Source: Spirochaetia bacterium (GTDB lineage Bacteria > Spirochaetota > Spirochaetia > SP-2023). Taken from it: a DNA stretch of 64,000 nt. The notes beneath the pieces were generated by a model that searched no databases, had not been told where the DNA came from, and saw nothing but the letters and a program-made list of their open reading frames with translations. The translations under genes were made by a program, and so were the position numbers. Shown one piece after another: positions 43,557-53,500 of this stretch. The stretch is taken from NCBI GenBank assembly GCA_965225855.1, contig CBDDCK010000004.1:279006-343005 (forward strand), read 5' to 3'. The first letter of the stretch is position 1. Each line of letters opens with the position of its first letter.

Positions 43557-44735
43557 TTATGATTCCAATAAGTGGAAGGTTGAGATTTCGGTTAGCAGTG
43601 GCCGAATATGTACTATTGCTCCTGACTGATAAGATGGCGCAGATAGCTTGCAACGCACAATCAATTTTATCTCTGGGAATTGTTCGTTACGGCAGTAGAC
43701 TTCACGGTAAGAACCACAGTAGCGTTGCTCGACAATTCGGGTGTGGCCATAAGTTCCCAAAGATTCTGTAGGGGATTCTGTAGATGATTCTGTAGAGAAA
43801 CATAATTGTTCAGGCCGCAAACAAAGGCTAACTTGAGAGCTTCTTGGGTAGTCTTTTGGGGAATTTTTTGGGGAGCTTTGATTATGGCCTATGTCTTTTA
43901 CAGCTGCTTTATCTTTGGCTTTGGCTTTCGCTTTGGGGATTGGGCCGATAGGGCTTTGCCAATATTGGGGGTCAGGGCTAGGGCACAAGGGCAAAATATT
44001 CACTTTATCCAAGTATCTAGCTACATAGGCATTAACGGGTTTCTCGTAAAGATTGCGGGCACTGCCTGTTTGTAAAAGCTGGCCATTGCGAATAATAGCT
44101 AATCGATTGGCAATCTGGAATGCCTCATTTTTATCGTGAGTAATATACAATACCCGCATTTGGTAGTATTCTACCAGCTCTCTAATATGGCAAAGCATTT
44201 GCTCGCATAGTTCTTGATCGACACTATTGAGCGGCTCATCTAAAATTAATAGCTGGGGCTGGCTGGCCAATACACGGGCTAAAGCAACACGCTGCATTTG
44301 GCCACCAGAAAGTTCGTGTGGATAGCGCAGTGCTAAATTTAAAGCCTTGAGCCTACAAGCTTCTAAAAGGTTTTGCATTATATCTTGCCTTTTGGCCTTA
44401 CTCAATTTTTTGCTCACCCCAAATAAAATATTTTCGCTTACATTTAGGTGGGGAAACAAAGCGTAATCTTGAAACAATACTCCTACTTTGCGAGCTTCGG
44501 GTGGTAGATAGCATGTGCTTGACGCAACTTCAAGCCCGTTGACGATAACCTTGCCAGAACTGGGACGCAAAAAACCAGCAAATAAGCGCAATATACTGGT
44601 TTTGCCAGAACCACTTTCTCCCAATAGAGCGGTAACCCCTTTATCGCCAACGGTCAGCGAAAGGCCTTGAACACAGTAATTTGTTGGTTGCTTTGGGTTA
44701 TAAGATGCTGAAACTGATTTCAGACAGGTTTCCAT
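43557..44735 (-). CDS. Fe3+ ABC transporter ATP-binding protein (FbpC-like)
   Basis: GESGSGKTS, FQDYALFPHL, LSGGQMQR. Confidence 0.9.
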   Translation of the reverse strand: METCLKSVSASYNPKQPTNYCVQGLSLTVGDKGVTALLGESGSGKTSILRLFAGFLRPSSGKVIVNGLEVASSTCYLPPEARKVGVLFQDYALFPHLNVSENILFGVSKKLSKAKRQDIMQNLLEACRLKALNLALRYPHELSGGQMQRVALARVLASQPQLLILDEPLNSVDQELCEQMLCHIRELVEYYQMRVLYITHDKNEAFQIANRLAIIRNGQLLQTGSARNLYEKPVNAYVARYLDKVNILPLCPSPDPQYWQSPIGPIPKAKAKAKDKAAVKDIGHNQSSPKNSPKDYPRSSQVSLCLRPEQLCFSTESSTESPTESLGTYGHTRIVEQRYCGSYREVYCRNEQFPEIKLIVRCKLSAPSYQSGAIVHIRPLLTEISTFHLLES

Positions 44736-46402
44736 TTATTTTCAGTCCATTGAAGTAGTAAGGTGCAAATTAAACCAACTCCAATAATGAAAAGAGTTGG
44801 CAATGCAGAAGCAATCAGCCTTTCATCGCGAGCTAAAAGATAAGCATTGATAGCAAGAGTATTGAAATTAAATGGCCGCAATATCAACGTCAGGGGGATT
44901 TCTTTTAGAATTTCTATAATCAGTAATAAAGAGCCGCTAAAAATAAAAGGCATATTCAGTGGCAAAGCTATACGCTTAAATACTGTTGCTTTCCTTGACC
45001 CAAGGCAACTGGCCGCATTTTCATAACGCTGGCTGTGATGGTGAAACCCTTGATAAATAGGCTTGGCTATCACAAAGAAAAATCGCAGTACCGCAGCAAA
45101 AACTAACGCAATGATTGTTTTACCAACGAAAATAATAGGTAACATTTCAGCAAAGCTAGCAAAAAGATAAATAAAACCTAAGACAGCAATACCGACAACC
45201 GCACTGGGGATAGCATAGCCCATGGTCATACTGTGGAAAACAACACCATACATTCTGCTTTGCCGAATGTGATATAAGTAAGCTATAGGCACAGCTAGCA
45301 AAACTCCTATGGCAAGAGTAATTAGTAATAGCACTAGAGTATTGAAAAATAATTCATTCAATTGGGGCGAAATTGTGGCCATAGTAGCCCAATGAATAAA
45401 ATGGCAAATCGGCAGTAAAAAACCCCAAAAAATCCAAATCATACAGTATATGCTGATACTAAAATTTTGCCAAAAAGGCAAGCACTGCCGCATGGCAGGG
45501 TTAGATTGTTGCTGCATGTCGTAACGAATTTTGTGGTCTTTATTTTGAAAACTTGCTACCAATACAATTACTAACAACAAAACCAAGGTTGCCAAAAGTT
45601 TTGCAGAGCCAATATCTTGATAAAAAAACCAAGTACGGAAAATCGCACTGCTAATGGTAGGAAAGCCAAAATAAGCAATAGCTCCATATTCGTTGAGTGT
45701 ATCCATTAACACGACTGCGGTTCCCAAACGTATGGCAGGTGCTGCAAGCGGGAGGCCAACAGCAAAAAATAGTGATCGGTGGTTACAGTTAAGCAGACGA
45801 GCATTGTCGATAATATTGCTGGAATTTTTAGAATACAATGCATAGGCATAGATATAGACGTAAGGAAACAACGAAAGCGTTAAAGTCCATACCAAAAACG
45901 GGAAATTCCACCATTGGTTAATAAAAGGTGCAAAACTTGGAAATTGCTTTTGCACCCAAGGGTATATGGCAAAATGCAATTGGTTTGCATATTCCATAAA
46001 TATTTGACTACGCATGTAGGGCGAAATAATTATGGAAATCGGCAACAACCAAACAAAAAAATTTCGCAAAGGGAAGTCATAGCAGCTAGTAAACCAAGCC
46101 GTTGTTACTCCGACAGCTAGAGAGCAGAATAAAACTCCAGCGCACAATAATAAAGTGTTTACAACATAGCCTAGCATGACAGACCCAAATAACGTTTTTA
46201 AAACACTATAATCGGCTTGCCATACTCCGCTAATGAGCGCCACAAACGGCACAATGCAAAGAATGCCTAAAATGGAAATCAAAATAAAAAGTATGACCAA
46301 AACCAGACTCTTGCCACTGTATTTATATTGAGCAAGAATAATTTTGGCCATACTTTCAATTTTACATATTTGAGCAAAGCAAATCGCGATAGATTTTTGC
46401 AC
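44720..46402 (-). CDS. Fe3+ ABC transporter permease (FbpB-like)
   Basis: GYAIP, KEIPLTLILRPFNFNTLA; true start may be later. Confidence 0.9.
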   Translation of the reverse strand: MQKSIAICFAQICKIESMAKIILAQYKYSGKSLVLVILFILISILGILCIVPFVALISGVWQADYSVLKTLFGSVMLGYVVNTLLLCAGVLFCSLAVGVTTAWFTSCYDFPLRNFFVWLLPISIIISPYMRSQIFMEYANQLHFAIYPWVQKQFPSFAPFINQWWNFPFLVWTLTLSLFPYVYIYAYALYSKNSSNIIDNARLLNCNHRSLFFAVGLPLAAPAIRLGTAVVLMDTLNEYGAIAYFGFPTISSAIFRTWFFYQDIGSAKLLATLVLLLVIVLVASFQNKDHKIRYDMQQQSNPAMRQCLPFWQNFSISIYCMIWIFWGFLLPICHFIHWATMATISPQLNELFFNTLVLLLITLAIGVLLAVPIAYLYHIRQSRMYGVVFHSMTMGYAIPSAVVGIAVLGFIYLFASFAEMLPIIFVGKTIIALVFAAVLRFFFVIAKPIYQGFHHHSQRYENAASCLGSRKATVFKRIALPLNMPFIFSGSLLLIIEILKEIPLTLILRPFNFNTLAINAYLLARDERLIASALPTLFIIGVGLICTLLLQWTENKWKPV

Positions 46403-46413
46403 AAATTATGGTT

Positions 46414-47448
46414 CTATTTCCAACCTTCTTCATCGGCAATTTTCGCAGCTAACGGTTCTTGTGCTGAAATTTTGTCTGTCTTGCTCATATCCTCTTTGAA
46501 GGTCCCCCAAGAAAGGAGCAAACCATTTGGCTCTACATTGCGAGCTACTGGATACTCAAAGTTTTCATTGGTAATAATTTTTTGGGCTGTTTCTGAAAGC
46601 AAAAAATTAATCAGAGCTAAAGCATTCTTTTTATTCTTACTGTATTTAGAAACGGCTAAGCCGGATACAGCAACATGGGTGCCACGGGAATTTTGATTGG
46701 GGAAAATAACACCAATTGCTTTGCCAGCCTCAACTTGCTTTGGGTCTTCATTGCGTAGCATTAGCCCTATATAATAAGTATTCATCACGCCATAATCGGC
46801 AATACCTTCTACTACAGCAATAGCTTGAGCGCGGTCATTGCCTTGTGGCGGACGAGCCATGTGTGCTACTAAATCGCGCGTCCACTGCCTAGCTACTTGT
46901 TCACCGTTTGCGTGGATAATTGAAGCCAAAAGCATACGATTGTAGTAGTTGCTAGAAGAACGTATTGCTACTGTTTGTTCTCCTTGTACTAGGTCTTCAT
47001 AGCTAGTTACCGTAGGATTGGGGTTTTTGTTTTTATCATAGACAATCACTCTAGCCCTTTTAGAAAAAGCAACCCATTTCTTATCTGGGTCTGATGAATT
47101 TTCCCGCACAAGTTTGAATATACTATCTGGCAAATTATCCAAAGAATCTAATTGCTTGAGACGATAAAATATATTGGCTCCCACGAAGAAAAATATATCG
47201 GCTTGGGTGTTGGCCCCTTCGGTTTTAATTCGCTCAAAAACCTCATCGGTTTTACCGTCAAATATATTCACCTCAATACCCGTTTCTTTGGTAAAAGCTG
47301 CATACAGCATATTGTCAATGTCGTAATGACGGCTGGTATAAATATTGACCGAACCTTTGTTGCTGCTAGTATCTCCTTTGGCATACAGAGGTGCAGATAA
47401 TATTAGGGCTAAAGTAAATACAGCCCCAAGAATTTTAGATATTTTCAT
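46414..47448 (-). CDS. Fe3+ ABC transporter substrate-binding protein (FbpA/FutA-like)
   Basis: YTSRHY, RSSSNYYN, GNDRAQ, NTYY iron-ligand Tyr pair; AGGAG RBS. Confidence 0.92.
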   Translation of the reverse strand: MKISKILGAVFTLALILSAPLYAKGDTSSNKGSVNIYTSRHYDIDNMLYAAFTKETGIEVNIFDGKTDEVFERIKTEGANTQADIFFFVGANIFYRLKQLDSLDNLPDSIFKLVRENSSDPDKKWVAFSKRARVIVYDKNKNPNPTVTSYEDLVQGEQTVAIRSSSNYYNRMLLASIIHANGEQVARQWTRDLVAHMARPPQGNDRAQAIAVVEGIADYGVMNTYYIGLMLRNEDPKQVEAGKAIGVIFPNQNSRGTHVAVSGLAVSKYSKNKKNALALINFLLSETAQKIITNENFEYPVARNVEPNGLLLSWGTFKEDMSKTDKISAQEPLAAKIADEEGWK

Positions 47449-47511
47449 TCTAAATCTCCTATGAATATAATAATGATTATTAAAATACAATACGTAATTT
47501 AACGGAACATA

Positions 47512-47539
47512 ATAATACAAAGATAATCATTATTGTCAA
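47512..47539 (-). promoter_or_regulatory. fbp promoter overlapped by a Fur-like box
   Basis: Minus-strand TTGACA (47539-34) and TATTAT (47517-12); GATAATCATTATT at 47522-34. Confidence 0.7.
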
Positions 47540-47657
47540 CTTAATATTAATAGTAGTTTTTTCTTTTATTTTTTGATTGACGAAAGGCGGAATAAATCGT
47601 TATGGTATTCCTAGTAAATTATCATTTTTGAGTGATAAATTTATGGAGAAAAAACAA

Positions 47658-48797
47658 ATGAGTAAAAAAAGACGCATCTTAAAATATTGTCTTATAGGCA
47701 TATTGGTTCTAATTATCGCGGCGGGTATTTATATTTGGAATTTTGTTATCCCGACACCTACGATCAGTTCCTATGATATTGGGACGCCAGAAAATGTAAA
47801 AATTATTACCACCGATTATGATGCCTTTTGGAATGCCTATGAAAAATCTGTTCAAAATCAGCGCACCCCAAACGATACCATTGATGAAGACCTGTTCTAT
47901 AAAACGTATAAAGCTAGTGTTACCGGTGAATTAGATTCATTTTCAGAACGCCGCTACGGCGATGCGCAGGCTGTTTACCAAACAGCAGAGATGGCCCCTT
48001 TTTATGCAAGCTATCGTGAGGTTTATCCTATTGATTCGGTATATAAACGCGATGAAATCATTGCGGGCTATAAAAAAGTTCGTACATACATGCCACAAGC
48101 AAAACTGCCAGATATTCATATTTTTATCGGCCGAATAGATAATGGTGGTACCATAACCGAAAATAAAATTATTATTGCTCATGAAGTTTTTGTTCCTGTA
48201 AAGCTAGCTAATTGGGATTTATATCCCAATCCTGAAAGAGTTGTACGGCAAAAGAAATACTTTCAAAACCGCATTGCCGATGTTGAAAGCATTGATACTA
48301 CACAGCTAATTATGCACGAGTTAATGCATTATATACAAGCAACACAGCGTTTAAATAAGTCCTCCATAGCATGGATAAAATGGCAGATGATTAAAAGTAT
48401 CATCAACTTAGGAGAATATGCAACCAGTCTATTCTTCTATTCTATGGTAGAAGGTATTGCTGAATTTTTAGCCTCCCACATTACCGGTAAGAGGTCGGCG
48501 GTATTTTTGGCACAGGATAAATGGGTAGAAGATAATAATATGGAAGAGCGTTTGTGGAATGAATTCTCCGCTAACAGAAATAGTACGGACAGAAAGGTTA
48601 TTAGTAGGTGGCTTTATAATTCTGATGTTGAAGATCGACCTTCAGACTTAGGATATTGGATGGGGCTGAAAATTGCTGAGACATACTGGCAGAAACAAAC
48701 AGACAAAAAACAGGCGTTTGATAATTTAGTTCATGCTACCGTCTTATCCAAAATGGAAGAAATTTATACGGTTGCCGACTTTGGCGCAAAATATTAA
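47658..48797 (+). CDS. Putative Zn-dependent protease (DUF2268-like), membrane anchored
   Basis: N-terminal TM, HELMH, EGIAEF, DLGYWMG. Confidence 0.7.
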   Translation: MSKKRRILKYCLIGILVLIIAAGIYIWNFVIPTPTISSYDIGTPENVKIITTDYDAFWNAYEKSVQNQRTPNDTIDEDLFYKTYKASVTGELDSFSERRYGDAQAVYQTAEMAPFYASYREVYPIDSVYKRDEIIAGYKKVRTYMPQAKLPDIHIFIGRIDNGGTITENKIIIAHEVFVPVKLANWDLYPNPERVVRQKKYFQNRIADVESIDTTQLIMHELMHYIQATQRLNKSSIAWIKWQMIKSIINLGEYATSLFFYSMVEGIAEFLASHITGKRSAVFLAQDKWVEDNNMEERLWNEFSANRNSTDRKVISRWLYNSDVEDRPSDLGYWMGLKIAETYWQKQTDKKQAFDNLVHATVLSKMEEIYTVADFGAKY

Positions 48798-49236
48798 ATG
48801 GTGTGCTACTTACAGGCCCCATTCGTTATGCTATGTTTATATCACTTGTTTTTTTGTTGTGGTGTATTATTTTGCTGTACCTCTTTGGGCCAATCATGGG
48901 CTTTAGTTCGTTTTTATTCTGTTTAGTCTCAAAAGCAGATAAAAATAAAAAAGTTTTGTTAATTAATATCTCTTTAACTTAATTTGAAACATCTTTTGCA
49001 GATTCTTATTTAAGTCGATTATTGCTGCCAAACTGTAATTGCTAGCATTTACAACAAAAAGGCAAGAGCAACTGCCCCTGCTTTGCCCAATGCTAATAAC
49101 ATTGGCTATATAGCTAAATTGCTTACTCTACTCATAACGGTAGGTAGTTGTTTTAGTTCCGCTGTTGTGCGTTACATACTTTGTCATTCTACCTTTTTAT
49201 TTATTGTCAATTGAAAAGAAGACTCAATTAACAGTC

Positions 49237-49781
49237 CTATAGGGAGGCAACCTTAGGGCCATGGCCTTTATAACGATAGGTAAACCTATCATCCTTTGCT
49301 AGCCTAGCTTTAGAATCATCGGTATGGTTAGTATCAACCTGCTAGGGCTTACCATCGGACTCGAAGAACTTTAAGCTATTTCCTTGCCGTTCTATATATT
49401 TATATTCCTTGTGACCATTTTGGGAGACAAATACTCTATCATAGAGAATATAATTATTGCCAGCCCCTTCCCTTCATAACGATATTCCTCCGTAGGCCTA
49501 AATTATGTACCAACTTTTTCAATCTGCCCCAATTATCATAGGTATATTCACCTATTACTGTAATGCCATTTGTATTATAATACTTTAGAACATTTCCTTC
49601 CCATTCGACATTTTTATACTCCTCGCTACTGCCTTCTGTAGCATATTGGGTTTTATAAGTCTTCAATAAACTTAACAAACGCGATGGGTTAGTATCTAGT
49701 TCTTCGCCATTTGGGGCGCAAGAGACTGGTTAGTATTAAGCCCAATAGCACGGGCATTAAGTATTGTTTTTGCTTATTCAT
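49237..49781 (-). pseudogene. Frameshifted lipoprotein gene
   Basis: GGAGG RBS, MNKQKQYLMPVLLGLILTS then off-frame SCAPNGEELD...; further shifts and a stop downstream. Confidence 0.6.
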
Positions 49782-49916
49782 AAGCAAATCCTCCTATAAG
49801 GTAGGTATAAATGGTATTCACTATGGGGCAACCGTGTAAATCCAGCATATTCATTATATAGTGGGTATTGTCTCAATACCTTTAGCGATATTTTTAGAAA
49901 AAATATTTAAAAAATG

Positions 49917-50500
49917 TCAGGTTGGTTTATTTACGGCAGGCCTTAGCCCATAACAAAACTCAACCCCAAGCACCCAATCAATAACTGGAAACACCAAAAG
50001 CCAAACCAAGCACCAGCACTCTGCACTATTGTAGAGCCGGCAAAATCGTGGAAAACCATTGCTGACAACCAACCGCCCCCAAGTCCAAGAACCTAAATAG
50101 GGGTAGATTAGACCGCTGATGATAATTGAAAATACAACATAGACACCAAATTTAGCCCGTTCCGCAAATGCTCCCGAAACAATCGTGGCCACAAACGCTG
50201 CTTGGAAAAACAAAGAGGCAAAATCCCCATTGCTAACCGCTAAACCCGAAAACCAACTGATTGCGACATTGCCACTAAAATCGTCAGAACCCAGATAAAA
50301 CATAATAGCCCAACCAATTAGCCATCATGATATTGGCAGCATTTTTGGCGCGCATGAGCCCCATTTCTAAAGCGGCAAAACCAGCTTGCATAAGTTTCGG
50401 CTAAGCCCAGCACAGAATTATCCTGCGCTACTAATGGATATGCCGGTAGAAAAGAACTGCATACAGCAAAAATTCTTTTCCCAGAACTACGTAATTTCAT
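49917..50500 (-). pseudogene. amt: Degraded ammonium transporter
   Basis: Fragments in different frames: MQAGFAALEMG, FFQAAF, IVSGAFAER, GFHDFAGS. Confidence 0.85.
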
Positions 50501-50568
50501 AAGAATCCTTTCTAAATGGAAAATTTTAGCCACATACTACTGATAATTTGTCGATAAAAATAAAGATT

Positions 50569-53500
50569 ATGTCCAACCTAGAGTCTCTACAAACATTATT
50601 GCATTCGGTGCGTGAGCAAGCCATTGATGATGATGGCGATAGCGATACTTCCAAACAACGAGACAAGGGCACGTTTTTTGAGCACTTGACGCAATCATTT
50701 TTGCAAAACGATAAGGCTTACGCTAGCCAATACAAAGAAGTCTATACCTATGCCGATTGGGCAGCAGAGCAAAATATTTCTACTCAAGACACCGGTATTG
50801 ATTTGGTAGCCGAAACCGATGACGGTGGTTATTGCGCAATTCAATGCAAGTTTTATGCCTCCGATTATAAGTTGCAGAAACAAGATATTGACAGCTTTAT
50901 GAATGCCTCGGGTAAAGTGCCTTTTAGCCAACGCTTGGTTGTGGATAGCACCATGGGCAAATGGGGACACAATGCAGAAGCAGCTATTCAGAATCAGCAA
51001 ATACCGGTTTCTCGCCTAACTATTGCTGAAATGGCCGATAGCAGTATTGATTGGTCGCAGTACCAGAAAGAAACCAATACTGTGAAGGTTTTTGATGGGG
51101 TAAAAAGTTTGTGCCCTCATCAGCAACAAGCCTTGGACAAAGTGGCTAAGCATTTTCAAAGCCAAGAGCGCGGTAAATTGATTATGGCGTGTGGTACTGG
51201 TAAGACCTTTACCAGTTTAAAAATTGCCGAACAACAAGCCGGTATAGGCCAGCGTGTTTTATACCTTGTGCCATCGCTAGCCCTAATGCAGCAGACGATT
51301 AAAGAATGGTTTGCCGATACTGAAACCGATATTTACGGCATTTCGGTATGTTCGGATAGCAGCATAGGCAAAAAGACGGGCCAAAAGATGAGCCAAAAGG
51401 ATGAGGATATGGCCGATATATCCTTAGCAGATTTGGCTATCCCGGCTACCACCGATGCCAAGAAGGTTGCAGATAAGGTAAATAAGGCCCCAAAAGATAA
51501 TATGACCGTGGTATTTAGTACCTACCAATCGATTCAAGTGGTATCTGCGGCACAGAATCAATACAACATGGCTGATTTTGCCATCGTGATTTGCGATGAA
51601 GCCCACCGCACTACCGGGGTAACCTTGGTAGGAGATGATGAATCGCATTTTGTCAAGGTGCACGATAACCAAATTATCCGCAGTAGCAAACGCTTGTATA
51701 TGACGGCTACCCCGCGGATTTATGGCGATACGGTAAAGGACAAGGCCGAAGAAGTAGCTGCGGAATTGGCCTCGATGGACGATGAACAACTATACGGTGG
51801 CGTAATTCACACCGTATCTTTTAACGAGGCGGTGGAAAACGACTTACTATGCGATTATAAAGTCATCGTCTTGGCATTGGAGGAAGGGGCTGTAGATAAA
51901 GCATTCCAGCGTCTATTTACCAACGATGATTATGAATTGAATTTAGAAGATACAACCAAATTGGTGGGCTGTTATAAGGCATTGTCTAAAATAGGCTTAA
52001 AGTCCGATGATATTACCGACCCAACCCCAATGCGCCGTGCGTTGGCATTCTGCCGGAGTATAAAGAAATCTGAAGATATTGCCAAATCATTCCCCATTAT
52101 CAGTGAGGATTATGGCAAGCAGGTCGCCGATAATAAATTAGCCCCGCTAGCTATTGAAATGCAGCATGTTGACGGCACGTACAGTGCGGCTGCTCGCAAG
52201 CAATGGCTAGAATGGCTAAAGGAACAAAAGGACAATGAAAAGGGCGACAAAGAAAGCAATAAGAAAACTTGCCGTATTTTGTCCAACGTCCGCTGTTTGT
52301 CTGAAGGCGTGGACGTACCCGCTTTAGATGCGGTGATGTTTTTGCATGCCCGCAATTCTATGGTGGAGGTAGTGCAAGCGGTGGGGCGCGTGATGCGCCG
52401 GGCACAAGGCAAAAAGATGGGCTATGTGATTTTGCCTATAGGGATTCCCGCCGGTACTGAACCCGACCAAGCCTTAGATAAAAACAAAAGTTATAAGGTT
52501 GTTTGGCAGGTGCTCAACGCGCTGCGCTGCCACGATGAACGTTTGGAGGGCACAATCAACCGTGCTAGTTTGGGTGGCGATATATCGGATAAGATTGAAG
52601 TTGTTGCCATGGCAGACGCTTTGCCCAGCAAAACAGAAGCCCAAAGCCCAAAAAACGATATTGGCAGCGGTGGTGGCAATAATGGCGATAACGACCCTAA
52701 TGTAGCAGGGCAAGAACTGCAGACCAACAAACCCCAAGAGTTTGATTTTCAGGACAAAGTGAACCAAGCCATCATAGCTAAATTGGTCAAAAGATGCGGT
52801 ACCCGCGATTATTGGGAAGACTGGGCCAAAGACATTGCCCAAATTGCCCAAACACACATTGAGCGCATCAATACCATTTTAGAACAGGGCGATAGCCATA
52901 TTACAGCAACCTTTGCGAACTTTGTTGCCGAATTACAGCAAGATTTAAACCCGTCTGTGTCCTGTGCTGCTGCGGTGGAAATGCTGGCGCAGCATATTAT
53001 TACCAAGCCTGTATTTGATGCCCTGTTTGCAAACCATGACTTTAGCGCAAGCAATCCCGTTTCTGTAGCCATGGAGGAAGTTTTACAGGTGATTGAACGG
53101 CCAAGTTTGGAGACGGAAACCGATTCTTTAAAGAAATTTTATGCTAGCGTCCAGCGGCGCGTGCAAGGCACTAAAGCCGTTGCCGAACGCCAGCAACTCA
53201 TTATGCAGCTCTATGACAAATTTTTTCGAGGAGCATTTCCCAAAACGACTGCGCAACTGGGCATCGTCTATACGCCTACCGAAGTGGTGGACTTTATTAT
53301 CCACAGTATTGACGATATTTTGCGCAATGAATTTGGTAGCGAAATTGGGGCCAAGGGCGTAAATATTTTAGACCCATTCACCGGCACCGGCACTTTTATT
53401 ACCCGGTTATTGCAAAGTGGGCTAATCACACCCAAACAATTACCATACAAATACCAAAACGAAATCCACGCCAACGAAATGGTGCTGTTGGCCTATTACA

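Noticed and set aside
43763..43935. Short repeats in fbpC (STES, KA runs)
   Set aside because: In-frame low-complexity loop insertions with no evident functional signal
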